From Candidatus Hydrogenedentota bacterium (GTDB lineage: Bacteria > JBFMHD01): DNA of 38,081 nt. Below the pieces are notes generated by a model. The model did not search any database, was not told the origin of the DNA, and saw nothing but the letters and a program-made list of their open reading frames with translations. The stretch is taken from positions 1-38,081 of the forward strand of contig JBFMHD010000003.1 of the NCBI GenBank assembly GCA_040752395.1. The letters are read 5' to 3'. The translations under genes and the position numbers were made by a program. This document shows, one piece after another, positions 1-8,973 of this stretch (positions are counted from its first letter, which is position 1; each line of letters starts with the position of its first letter).

Positions 1-86
1 GAAATAATACTTACATTTGCTAAAAAGACAACTATAAACTCCAGGACAATCAACTTTGGGGGTAAAAACAACAGCATTATTATTCT
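1..86. repeat. Exact 86-bp inverted copy of 254-339 at the window/contig end (probable chimera or fold-back artefact)
   Basis: Reverse complement of 1-86 equals 254-339 (agaataataatgctg...gtattatttc) base for base. Confidence 0.92.
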
Positions 87-87
87 G

Positions 88-399
88 GATATAGGGTTGA
101 GACTGGATGAATATCTATCATTTATAAGTAGAAGTAGCTATTTTATAGGGCCGAGTACAGGTCCCACTCAACTTGCAGCTGCGCTTAACATCAAAACAGT
201 GGGTATCTATTCACCAGTAAAAGTTCATAGTGAAAAAAGATGGGGTTTTTACGAGAATAATAATGCTGTTGTTTTTACCCCCAAAGTTGATTGTCCTGGA
301 GTTTATAGTTGTCTTTTTAGCAAATGTAAGTATTATTTCTGTATGGAGCAGATTAAACCTGAAGATATCGTTGAGTATATAAGGCAGGACAGGAGATAG
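88..399 (+). CDS. C-terminal fragment of a GT9 (ADP-heptose:LPS heptosyltransferase-like) glycosyltransferase; 5' end lost at the 86/87 junction
   Basis: FIGPSTGPTQLAAALNIKTVGIY resembles the GT9 motif (DSG.MHLAAA.G.P.V.LF); C-terminal C...C...C...CM..I.PE.V is typical of RfaF-like proteins. Confidence 0.75.
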   Translation, partial: DIGLRLDEYLSFISRSSYFIGPSTGPTQLAAALNIKTVGIYSPVKVHSEKRWGFYENNNAVVFTPKVDCPGVYSCLFSKCKYYFCMEQIKPEDIVEYIRQDRR

Positions 400-403
400 T
401 GGA

Positions 404-1213
404 ATGGCAAAGATTTCAAGTGTTGTTATAACAAAAGACGAAGAGAGTAATATTAGAGAGTGTCTTGAATCATTAAGATTTACAGATGAGATAATTATTA
501 TTGATGCAGGCAGCACAGATAAAACCCTTGAGATAGCTAAAGAATACACAGACAAGATTTATAATAACAGATTTGAAGGTTGGGTAAGACAGAAGAATTT
601 TGGTATAGAGAAAGCGCAACATAATTGGATATTGTCAATCGATGCTGATGAAAGGATAAGTTTAGAATTAAAGAATGAGATTTTAAGAATAAAAGAAAGA
701 CTTAACGATGAAATTGCAGGATACGAGGTACCGATTCTGCCATATTATATGGGCCGATGGATACGGCACTCGAACTGGTACCCGGGTTATAAAGTTCGAT
801 TATTTAACAAAAAATTTTGCAGATGGGATGGTGATTTCTCGCATGAGTTTGTAAAGGTAAACGGGATGACAGCAAGATTGAAAAGTAATATTTTACATCT
901 TGCTTTTATAGATTTTGATAAACATTTAAATAAGATGGGATACTATACGACATATTCAGCGATTGAACTTTCAAAAAAAGGTATTAAATTTTCAGTAACT
1001 CAGCTGATTTGCCGGACCATATACTCATTTATAAAACATTATTTAATAAAACGTGGGTTTCTCGATGGAATACAGGGACTTGTAATTTCCTATGTCTCTG
1101 CTTTTTCGGTGTTTGCTAAATACGTAAAACTTTATGAGTTGAATAAGTACCAGGCTGTATCTGAAGAAAATAAGGATGACAAAAAAGATGAGAGTATTAA
1201 TTTGTCTTACTGA
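404..1213 (+). CDS. GT2 glycosyltransferase (KdtX/WaaE-like LPS core glucosyltransferase)
   Basis: ISSVVITKDEE, IIIDAGSTDKT, WILSIDADE (DxD), RLF...HE, GFLDG..G..IS motifs. Confidence 0.88.
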   Translation: MAKISSVVITKDEESNIRECLESLRFTDEIIIIDAGSTDKTLEIAKEYTDKIYNNRFEGWVRQKNFGIEKAQHNWILSIDADERISLELKNEILRIKERLNDEIAGYEVPILPYYMGRWIRHSNWYPGYKVRLFNKKFCRWDGDFSHEFVKVNGMTARLKSNILHLAFIDFDKHLNKMGYYTTYSAIELSKKGIKFSVTQLICRTIYSFIKHYLIKRGFLDGIQGLVISYVSAFSVFAKYVKLYELNKYQAVSEENKDDKKDESINLSY

Positions 1214-2300
1214 ACCGTATGATAGCGCAATAACTTATTATGGTTTGTGCATTGCCAAAATACTGAAAAAATATAACATAGATTTTGCAATTATCACTCT
1301 GAAAGATAAATATCCGGAAACCATAGCAAAACAGGCGGGATATAGTATTATAAATCTTGATTTCAGGACGTATAATCCTATCAGGTATTTTAAAGAGACC
1401 AGGAAACTATATACTCATCTAAAAGATAAAGAAAAAAATATCGTTATTTTACTACGTGCTGAAATGACTCTTGCTTTATATCTTCTTTCGAGATTTACAG
1501 CCGTAAGGTTTAAAACCATCAGGGTAAGAGGAGAAGCTCGAGATATAAGAAAAAATTATATTAATAAAAAACTTTATACAAAATTTTATGATAGGGTGGT
1601 TTTTACTTCAAAAATTATGCAGACAAGACACATCAGCATAATACCCACCCCTTTTGTGAATTCTTGTGTAATATATTCACCAGTTGATACTGATTATTAT
1701 AATAAAGTTAATGACTTAAAAAATATAAGAGGTATATATGGTTTAAAAGATGACGAAAAACTTATCACTATTTATGGCAGATTAGACCCTGTAAAAGGAC
1801 ACCAATATTTTATAGAAGCGATGAATAAAGTTTTCAGGGAATATAAAGGAGGATTAAAGGTAGCAGTTATAGGAAGAGAAGAAAATGTTAAGATACATGA
1901 CCTTAAAAAGGGCTGTGAAAAATACGGTATCATTGATAAATTTATTTTTACAGGTCATATTGATAACCCGCTCCCTTTGTTATCAATAACTGATATTGGT
2001 GTAATTTCTTCAATAGGTTCTGAGACTGTATGCAGAGTTGCTGTTGAATTGTTGTCTCTTTCGATCCCTCTTGTGAGCACGGATGCAGGTGTTTTACCCG
2101 AGGTTGTAAAGAATAACGAGACAGGATTTGTTGTTCATCAAAAAGATACTGATGCTATGAAAGACAAAATCCTTGAACTATTAGATAATGATGAATTAAG
2201 AAAGAATATGGAAGAAAAAGCACGCCGTGATGCTGTTTTAAGATTTTCTATTAATGTTTTTGAAAAGGAGTGGATGGAGTTATTAGACTCTTTGTTATAA
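1188..2300 (+). CDS. GT4 (GT-B fold) glycosyltransferase
   Basis: GRLDPVKG, E-x7-E (ETVCRVAVE), PLVSTDAG..PEVV..G; start at 1176 or 1188. Confidence 0.88.
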   Translation: MRVLICLTEPYDSAITYYGLCIAKILKKYNIDFAIITLKDKYPETIAKQAGYSIINLDFRTYNPIRYFKETRKLYTHLKDKEKNIVILLRAEMTLALYLLSRFTAVRFKTIRVRGEARDIRKNYINKKLYTKFYDRVVFTSKIMQTRHISIIPTPFVNSCVIYSPVDTDYYNKVNDLKNIRGIYGLKDDEKLITIYGRLDPVKGHQYFIEAMNKVFREYKGGLKVAVIGREENVKIHDLKKGCEKYGIIDKFIFTGHIDNPLPLLSITDIGVISSIGSETVCRVAVELLSLSIPLVSTDAGVLPEVVKNNETGFVVHQKDTDAMKDKILELLDNDELRKNMEEKARRDAVLRFSINVFEKEWMELLDSLL

Positions 2301-2455
2301 TGGTACAGCAGTTATCAAATGGCAGAAAGGGTTGAGGCACTGCCTCATCCGTCTCTTTGTCAAAGAAGGTTTTTGCTTTTTCCAAGTAGAATTTGCTTTT
2401 GCTGTATGGCATAGCAGTTATCGAATGGCAAAAAGGGTTGAGGCACTGCCTCATG
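2300..2455. repeat. ~106-bp tandem unit (about 1.5 copies) containing the palindrome TGAGGCA-C-TGCCTCA
   Basis: agcagttatc(a/g)aatggca(g/a)aaagggttgaggcactgcctcat occurs twice, palindromes starting at 2333 and 2439; homologous to 37952-38081. Confidence 0.85.
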
Positions 2456-2460
2456 GATTA

Positions 2461-3231
2461 ATGGATATTTTATTTATAGTTCTTATAGTCGTTCTCGGTA
2501 TTTTTTCTCTACGCTTTAGCTGGTGGAAACCACAAAGAAAAGGGATACCTGTTTTATTGTACCATAATATAACCGATGAATTGTATTCTGATTCTGATAG
2601 AAAAAAAATGAATATTTCTATCTTGCAATTCAGGAAACAGCTTAGATTTTTACAGGAACAGGGATATAGAAGCATTACATTTAAAAGCGTGGTATATCAA
2701 GAAGGGTTGCCATCTAAACCTGTGATTATAACTTTTGATGATGGTTATAAAGGTTGTATTGATAATGCGATGCAGATATTAAATGAGTTCGGGTTTAAAG
2801 GAATTTTATTTGTACCCGCTAATTTATTTAATAATAAGACTAAAATAAAAGGGCTTCTTTTTGATGTTATGAATAATGATGCTTTAGTGTGGTGGAGCAG
2901 AGATGGAAATGAGGTCGGGTCACATGGACTACAGCATAAAAATTTCTTAAACTTGAAAAAAGAAGAAAAAATTAAAGAACTAAAAGATAGCAGGAAAATT
3001 CTTGAAGATATAATACAGGAATCTGTGGTATCTTTCAGTTTTCCGTATGGAAGATTTACTGAAGAAGACATTGATTTAGCACTTGAAGCAGGATACAGGT
3101 TCGTCTGCATTATTAAAAGAAAGATAGCAGATTACACTTTAACCAATCCTGTTCCGAGAGTATATATAAGAGGCGATGACACGATGTTAGACTTTTATTT
3201 TAATATTACAAGAGGAGCAAGCAGAGTTTGA
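2461..3231 (+). CDS. Polysaccharide deacetylase (CE4/NodB family) with N-terminal membrane anchor
   Basis: VLLYH, ITFDDGY, GSHGLQH, FSFPYG motifs; hydrophobic N-terminus from ATG 2461 (the ORF extension to 2332 lies in the repeat). Confidence 0.88.
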   Translation: MDILFIVLIVVLGIFSLRFSWWKPQRKGIPVLLYHNITDELYSDSDRKKMNISILQFRKQLRFLQEQGYRSITFKSVVYQEGLPSKPVIITFDDGYKGCIDNAMQILNEFGFKGILFVPANLFNNKTKIKGLLFDVMNNDALVWWSRDGNEVGSHGLQHKNFLNLKKEEKIKELKDSRKILEDIIQESVVSFSFPYGRFTEEDIDLALEAGYRFVCIIKRKIADYTLTNPVPRVYIRGDDTMLDFYFNITRGASRV

Positions 3232-4292
3232 TTATTAATAAAAAAAGAATTATAATATGGGTTATAATAGTAATACTTGGAATAATATCTGTTTATTCTA
3301 TCTGGTATTCTTATAAAAGATATCTGGATAGTCATAGCGCTTTTATTAACAGGATGCAAAACATAGATAAAAAGATAGCAAAAGAGCCGATGAATGCGGA
3401 CTTATATTTAATGAAGGCTAATTTAATATACTTTAAAGCATTAAAATTACTGGAAGAGATATTCTCAGCAGGTGAGAATGTTGTAGAGGGGAGCGATACA
3501 GGTTTATACAGTGAACTGGATAATAGTGTTATTGAGATTGCAAAATTCTGGATTAACTCAGGGTATCTAAACAAGAGTGCAATTTATGATGTTAGTAGTA
3601 TTAATGATGAGGTTCTGGCAGAAGTGATAAGAAGTATGTTTGAAAAAGCAAAAGACCTCTATTTATTTGGCCTTCCATTGGCTGAAAAAGTCGATGGTGT
3701 ATATCAGTTCAGAATTGGAGAGTGCTATTTCAGAATGGGTAGAAATTATTTTGATGAGGCTGAATTAATGTTCAAGTACGCACAGGAGTTAGGTATAAAA
3801 GAAATAAAGATTTATGTTTTTCTTGGAAATATAAAATTTATAGAAAAAGATATTGATGCGAGTATCGATTATTATGACAGGGCATTAAAACTGCAACCTG
3901 ATAATATGTTAATAAAGTTTAACAAAGCGATTGCACTAAAAGAGAAGAATGAACTTGATAAAGTGATTGAACTTTTAAATGAGATTATAAAAACGTATGA
4001 GACATCCGAGAGAGTAACCTCTGAAGAATACAGCGTGTATTTAAAGTCAATCTATACTTTAGGCAGAGTTTATTATTTAAAAAAAGAATTTGATAAATCA
4101 AGAGAAGTCTTTGAAATGATGATAGAGCGTGAATCAGAGATGGCACCGGTACTATACTGGCTTGGTAAAACGTATATGAAAGAAGGTGATGACACCTTTG
4201 CTTTAAGTATATTTGAGCGGCTGGAAAAGATAAAACCAGATTATAAAGATACAAGACAAAATATCAGGTTATTACGAAAGAAAAGAAAATAA
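3228..4292 (+). CDS. Membrane-anchored TPR-repeat protein
   Basis: N-terminal TM helix; TPR patterns LGNI...A..YY.RAL.L.P.N, LGRVY, LG..Y...G....A...F. Confidence 0.8.
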   Translation: MIINKKRIIIWVIIVILGIISVYSIWYSYKRYLDSHSAFINRMQNIDKKIAKEPMNADLYLMKANLIYFKALKLLEEIFSAGENVVEGSDTGLYSELDNSVIEIAKFWINSGYLNKSAIYDVSSINDEVLAEVIRSMFEKAKDLYLFGLPLAEKVDGVYQFRIGECYFRMGRNYFDEAELMFKYAQELGIKEIKIYVFLGNIKFIEKDIDASIDYYDRALKLQPDNMLIKFNKAIALKEKNELDKVIELLNEIIKTYETSERVTSEEYSVYLKSIYTLGRVYYLKKEFDKSREVFEMMIERESEMAPVLYWLGKTYMKEGDDTFALSIFERLEKIKPDYKDTRQNIRLLRKKRK

Positions 4293-4297
4293 ATCTA

Positions 4298-4335
4298 TTG
4301 ACTTTTTAATATCCCATCAGTTATAGGTGTATAAC
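4298..4335 (+). promoter_or_regulatory. Candidate sigma-70 promoter upstream of tRNA-Ser
   Basis: TTGACT at 4298-4303, with TTATAG/TATAGG 17-18 nt downstream; weak -10. Confidence 0.3.
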
Positions 4336-4422
4336 AAGTAAAAAGTTAAAAGCTAAAAGTGAGAGAGGTGTTCGTAGGAGCACATTGTGGTCGGCCGAGG
4401 CAGGAAGCAAGATAACGGAAAA
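4336..4422. repeat. Partial composite element (AAAAGTT heptamers plus GAAGCAAGATAACGG module)
   Basis: aagtaaaaagttaaaagctaaaagt matches 12703-12734; gaggcaggaagcaagataacggaa matches 5040/5086/25730. Confidence 0.7.
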
Positions 4423-4478
4423 CCGTTGTAGTGGTGGGCGTATGTGTCTGGCCGTAGGGGATTTTTGATTATTTTATT

Positions 4479-4571
4479 GGAGAGGTGGCCGAGCAGGTCG
4501 AAGGCGGCACCCTGCTAAGGTGTTGTCCGGGGAAACCTGGACCGGGAGTTCAAATCTCCCCCTCTCCGCCA
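4479..4571 (+). tRNA. tRNA-Ser (anticodon GCT)
   Basis: Acceptor stem GGAGAGG/CCTCTCC + GCCA; anticodon arm GCACC-CTGCTAA-GGTGT; long variable arm; T-loop GTTCAAATC. Confidence 0.96.
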
Positions 4572-4712
4572 TTTCTTGTAAAGCCAATTTTCCTGAAACA
4601 ACACTCCAAAAATTCGGTGGCTCACATTCGGCGAGTGAACAATAGTAATTTTGATTTGTGGATAACCAGTCATTCATAAGCATCATATATGAAAAACAGT
4701 GGTGATTAACAA

Positions 4713-4742
4713 GAAAAATTAGTTCAGGATAGTCTGAACTAA
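4713..4742 (-). terminator. Possible intrinsic terminator for the - strand ccdA operon
   Basis: Stem TTAGTTCAG/CTGAACTAA (4719-4727/4734-4742) followed by a T run on the - strand. Confidence 0.4.
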
Positions 4743-4999
4743 AAAAGAGTATTTAAAACTGTACTGGTTTATAATCATCGTTGAGCAAGGATACGGTAAA
4801 CGGCAAAATAGACAAAAGAGCACAAAGGAATATTGTGGCTGCGTTGAGAGAGTGATTACCAGGCATCAGCCCGGGGCTGTTTATCGTCACATAGTACATA
4901 AGAATAAATAGTTTCTTGTGGTGGAGGACCACGTGCAGTGGTTGTTTGGTTGAAATATCCGGTTCAACTCATAGCGGCACTTTGGACATCGAAGCCATT

Positions 5000-5342
5000 C
5001 CTCCTCTGAAAAACATTGTAACTCTAATGATATCAAGTAGAGGCAAGAAGCAAGATAACGGAAAAGAAAGATAACGAAAGAAGCAAGAGGCAAGAAGCAA
5101 GATAACGGAAGAAGTGAGAGGTGTCAGGACAGGCTACAGGCTACGGACTACAGCCGGCTGGAGCCCCCTATGAAAAGTCTTGAGTCTTGAGTCCTGTTTT
5201 GACTCACGACTTGCGACTCACGACTCTTTTTATATCATCTTTAGTTTTTTATCCTTTGTGTAGAGCGCAAAAACGCAATAACCCAAGAACCCAAGAACCT
5301 AATAGTGTAGAGCGCAAACGGCACTCATAGTGACCCCTCTGA
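5000..5342. repeat. Composite heptamer/hairpin element (modules A-A'-B-C)
   Basis: Near-identical blocks at 11165, 15913, 21763 and 33346. Confidence 0.92.
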
Positions 5343-6027
5343 TCAATAAGTATAGTGCAATGAGAATAAAAATAATACCTGCAATTTTTTTGAATACGAT
5401 TCCTGTCCATTGTATTGAACGTGATTCAACAATTCGTTTCACCCATCCGGTTGATGTTCCTGCAATAAGAATCGGGATGCATTGACCAAGCGCAAATATT
5501 ATGATAAGCGAAATCCCGCGGAGTGCGGTTTTCTGCAAAGCAACCATTGCTAACATTGGTGCGATAAACCCGAAGGTACATGGTCCTGAGACAATACCAT
5601 AACTGGATCCCAGAAGCAGTGCACCAATCATCCCCTTGCGTGTCGCCCGCAGTTTTTCAAGTCCGGGAATGGAGATTGGTAAAAACCCTAACAGATGAAT
5701 GCCGATAATCAAAAAAAACACGCCGATGATAAGGTAGCAGATGCCGCCAGTTAAACCCAATATCTGTCCCGCCAGTGATGTAATCACGCCGATAAGAGCG
5801 ATCACAATGAACAGTCCGAGCGAGAATAGGGCAGAATACCAGAACGCATTTTTTATTTTTTTATCCTCTGTAAACCCGCTAATGTAAGCAATAACGAGCG
5901 GGATACATGCTATAAAGCAGGGACAGAATATCACGCTGCAGATTCCCCACACAAAAGAAGCTGCAAACGCAATAAAGCCGCTGTCGGTCAAGGATAGATT
6001 GATTATGGTAAAAAAATTGTCAATCAC
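5299..6027 (-). CDS. ccdA: Cytochrome c biogenesis/thiol-disulfide transporter CcdA (DsbD TM domain)
   Basis: About 6 TM helices; conserved PC motifs (FCPCF..IP, SGPCT). Confidence 0.85.
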   Translation of the reverse strand: MIDNFFTIINLSLTDSGFIAFAASFVWGICSVIFCPCFIACIPLVIAYISGFTEDKKIKNAFWYSALFSLGLFIVIALIGVITSLAGQILGLTGGICYLIIGVFFLIIGIHLLGFLPISIPGLEKLRATRKGMIGALLLGSSYGIVSGPCTFGFIAPMLAMVALQKTALRGISLIIIFALGQCIPILIAGTSTGWVKRIVESRSIQWTGIVFKKIAGIIFILIALYLLIRGVTMSAVCALHY

Positions 6028-6551
6028 TTAACCCCTCGCCGGTTAAGTATCTTTATAATTTCTTTTTCCGAGAGATATCCTTCGTGTCGAAAGAATTCTT
6101 TACCGTTTTCATCAAGAAATATCTGAGTGGGAATAAGTCGTATGTCGTACTGTTCAGCCATCGGTTTACCAAGCGGAGTCCAGACATCAAAGGTCTGAAC
6201 CTCGACCTGTCCGGCATATTTTTGCCTGATTGATTCTATTACCGGTTCCATCATCCGACAGGGCATACAGCGTTTGGACATAAGTTCAATTAACGTCACT
6301 TTGATTTTTGGTTTGCTCTGTTCCTGCAGCATCTGCGTTATGGTTTCAGCAGCAGGTTTATCAGCTATCGGCTGATGTACAGGTTCTGGTGCTGTCACCT
6401 GTTTAGTATCTGATACAGTAACCAGAGCCGAGGTATCGGTGGCAGGAAGAGCTGGTTGTTGAACCACTGTTGTGACCGGAGTGGTTGTTTTTCCGCAGGC
6501 GAGGAGTAAAGAGAAGCAGAAGTATAAGTAAATTATCTGTTTTATAATCAT
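6024..6551 (-). CDS. Thioredoxin-family lipoprotein with Pro/Thr-rich linker
   Basis: Lipobox LLACG; CMPC active site; cis-Pro IPTQIF..G.E..RH.G. Confidence 0.85.
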   Translation of the reverse strand: MIIKQIIYLYFCFSLLLACGKTTTPVTTVVQQPALPATDTSALVTVSDTKQVTAPEPVHQPIADKPAAETITQMLQEQSKPKIKVTLIELMSKRCMPCRMMEPVIESIRQKYAGQVEVQTFDVWTPLGKPMAEQYDIRLIPTQIFLDENGKEFFRHEGYLSEKEIIKILNRRGVK

Positions 6552-6727
6552 TGTTGCCTCCTATATGATTTTTTATGCACTTTATTATATGCCTGGCAAA
6601 ACGGGCAATATCGTTCTATGCGGCTGATGTGCTGTGTGGTTTCTGACTGTGCGTGGCGCCGGCGCCAGATGCAGAAGGGGCAGATCGTACAAACAAGCGC
6701 AAGCAGTTTCAGCCAGGCCATTCTCAT
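6548..6727 (-). CDS. Small (59 aa) Cys-rich protein with two CPFC motifs
   Basis: GGAGG RBS upstream of ATG 6727; CTICPFC...YCPFC; stop overlaps the next start. Confidence 0.7.
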   Translation of the reverse strand: MRMAWLKLLALVCTICPFCIWRRRHAQSETTQHISRIERYCPFCQAYNKVHKKSYRRQQ

Positions 6728-6740
6728 GTTATGCCTCCCT

Positions 6741-7766
6741 TTATTGCGCAACGAGAAATACCATGCCAGCAAGCAGTCCGACAATGATGTTTATCAGTTT
6801 GATAATGACAAAATCCTTGCGCGACAGCGAAAGCATCGGCAACATGGCGTGACCATCCTGAACAATCGAGTTGCAAAGCAGTATCGCAAACGGCAGAACA
6901 CCCTTGGCATACAGGGTGACAAACAGAAGGTGCGGACCGGATTCCGGGATAATGCCAACGACCGCGGAAAGCAGGAGTACCGCATAAACATTGTCGCTAA
7001 TAAACGATTCAATGGCAAAGGTTTTAATCAAGCAAGATGACAGCAGTAGTGCACCGAAGGTCCACGCAAAGATCGGGGCGATATGCTCCTTGAAAATATG
7101 ATTCCAGAGATGCTCTTCGAGAAAATGCTCTGGCGTCACCGTCACCAAGGCCAGGCTAATCACCGAGGTCAAGAGGGTAGTGACTCTCACCCAGTTCCAG
7201 CCACCGTGCTCGCCGATATAACCGGAGAGTACACCCAGAGCAAGGAGTGACAGGCAGATGATCAGCACCCCGCGCTGCAGGGTCATATGTTTCAAATTGC
7301 TGATGATCTGGTTTTTAGCGAACCCGATGAGTTTTTCTTCCTTGTGGATTATGAGACCACGGCAACAGGTATCAGTGAATGAACGATTTTTGAAAAGATA
7401 ATCGACAGTCTTTGCCGCGACAATCCCAATGACAAACAACAGGATGTGAAGAACTATTGTCTGGACTGGGAACAGAGTTAGCATAACAAACGCTTCGTCG
7501 CCAGAAGTGGCAATCATTGTGCAGACCAGGGCACCAAGCGTAATCTGGTTGTGCGCATAGAGGGTAACGCTCACGAACGAACCGAGACAGCCCGGGATAA
7601 TGCCCAGGATGCCGGCAATGATGTATTGAGAGAAGCCGGTACGGATTCTATTCAGGATGATACCGCTGGTGACGGTATTAATGTATTCCACAATCAGCAT
7701 CATGCAGAACACGAACACCGTGATAAAAATCGAATGGTTGAAACTTTCCCGAATCAGTTCAATCAT
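6741..7766 (-). CDS. Multi-pass permease, putative manganese/arsenic efflux transporter family (ArsP_2-like)
   Basis: PGCLG, IATSGDEAF, GIIPESGPH, SIVQDGH motifs; about 10 TM segments. Confidence 0.78.
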   Translation of the reverse strand: MIELIRESFNHSIFITVFVFCMMLIVEYINTVTSGIILNRIRTGFSQYIIAGILGIIPGCLGSFVSVTLYAHNQITLGALVCTMIATSGDEAFVMLTLFPVQTIVLHILLFVIGIVAAKTVDYLFKNRSFTDTCCRGLIIHKEEKLIGFAKNQIISNLKHMTLQRGVLIICLSLLALGVLSGYIGEHGGWNWVRVTTLLTSVISLALVTVTPEHFLEEHLWNHIFKEHIAPIFAWTFGALLLSSCLIKTFAIESFISDNVYAVLLLSAVVGIIPESGPHLLFVTLYAKGVLPFAILLCNSIVQDGHAMLPMLSLSRKDFVIIKLINIIVGLLAGMVFLVAQ

Positions 7767-7778
7767 ACCTTAATCATT

Positions 7779-7854
7779 CCTAACTTCGAAAAACTTCGCA
7801 ACTATAATTAATAATATCAAATAGAAGCAAGAAGCAAGATATTTGGTTATCGGT
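7779..7854. repeat. Partial composite element (module A variant)
   Basis: taataatatcaaatagaagcaagaagcaagata; 7822-7854 is inverted at 9706-9738. Confidence 0.8.
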
Positions 7855-7856
7855 AC

Positions 7857-8642
7857 TTATGGCGCGATGTTTTTTCCTCTCCGCCTAATGGTCTCCGCGC
7901 TGCTGATCGGCTGAATCTGTTTTACCTTAGCGTCATACACCATGACAACTTGCTGATTTTTAAAGTATCTTTTTATAACGTCCATATCCTGCTGTGAAAG
8001 CGGCCGAACGCCGCAAGGACGCAACGGTGTGTTTAAATGTGCTTCATCAGGCTTGATTTCATCAGCAAGAGCCGCCAGTTGTTTCACCTGGTGCTGATTA
8101 TGCTCGATAAACATAATCTGTAGCACCAGCTGGCCCGTGTATTCGTTCCTGAAATCTTTTATACCACGGATAATATCATTCAACCGAATACGTTTTACTG
8201 GCTTGTTAACTGCCTCAAAAATCTCCTGCGTTGCCGCGTCAAGTTTCACGGCGACTAAATCAGCTGCCAGCAAATCCTGGCGGACAGCGGTCTGCGACAG
8301 CAGAGATGCGTTAGTCAGCACCGCGATTTTCTCGGGACGGACATTTTTTATCTTCAGAATCAGTCTGCCAAGATTCTTTGCCAGTGTCGGTTCACCGGTG
8401 CCGGACAGGGTGATATAGTCAATCTGCAGTGGTGGTAGACTTTTTAATTCTTTTATGATTTGCTCAATCGCAACAAATTCTTTCCGCTGATCCGTGCACG
8501 TTTTCGTTTTTCCGAGCTGGCAGTAAACGCAGTCAAAAGAACATATCTTGTGTTTCCGCGAAATCGGGTCAATGCCAAGTGAACTGCCTAATCGCCAGGA
8601 CGGCACAGGGCCGTAAACGTATTTCAATTTCGACGTAGCCAT
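7857..8642 (-). CDS. Radical SAM protein (Fe-S oxidoreductase, function unknown)
   Basis: YGPVPSWRLG.SLGID, CSFDCVYC (CxxxCxxC), SGTGEPTL. Confidence 0.9.
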   Translation of the reverse strand: MATSKLKYVYGPVPSWRLGSSLGIDPISRKHKICSFDCVYCQLGKTKTCTDQRKEFVAIEQIIKELKSLPPLQIDYITLSGTGEPTLAKNLGRLILKIKNVRPEKIAVLTNASLLSQTAVRQDLLAADLVAVKLDAATQEIFEAVNKPVKRIRLNDIIRGIKDFRNEYTGQLVLQIMFIEHNQHQVKQLAALADEIKPDEAHLNTPLRPCGVRPLSQQDMDVIKRYFKNQQVVMVYDAKVKQIQPISSAETIRRRGKNIAP

Positions 8643-8652
8643 AATGCATCTC

Positions 8653-8973
8653 TCACCGCAGGTGCGGTTTAATTCTTTCCTCGAGCGCCGATTTTTTCAT
8701 CACGCCAATCATAGTATCAACGACCTTTCCCTGCTTGAAGATCATCAGAGTCGGGATACTCATAATGCCGAATTCCGAAGCTGTACGTAACGCTTCATCG
8801 ACATTTAGTTTGCCGACTTTCAGTTTGCCCTGGTACTCTTTCGAAATCTCCTCGATCACCGGTTCCATCATCCGACAGGGCCCGCACCAGGGCGACCAGA
8901 AATCCACCAGCGCCGGGATCGGCGACTCAAGTATATCTTCCTTAAAATTATCATCGCGTAACTCGATCTCCAT
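8653..8973 (-). CDS. trxA: Thioredoxin
   Basis: VDFWSPWCGPC, SIPTL; GGAGGA RBS before ATG 8973. Confidence 0.93.
   Translation of the reverse strand: MEIELRDDNFKEDILESPIPALVDFWSPWCGPCRMMEPVIEEISKEYQGKLKVGKLNVDEALRTASEFGIMSIPTLMIFKQGKVVDTMIGVMKKSALEERIKPHLR

Noticed and set aside
2300-2455. CRISPR array
   Set aside because: Only 2 repeats per locus, period about 105 bp, intervening sequences homologous to each other, and no cas genes in the window.
2332-2460. N-terminal extension of the deacetylase ORF and antisense ORF 2251-2454
   Set aside because: Both lie within the tandem repeat; the TM anchor starts at ATG 2461.
4657-4665. DnaA box TGTGGATAA suggesting oriC
   Set aside because: Single box, no cluster noticed, no dnaA/dnaN nearby.
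4474-4686. ORFs 4474-4686 (-) and 4485-4679 (+)
   Set aside because: Shadow translations of tRNA-Ser.
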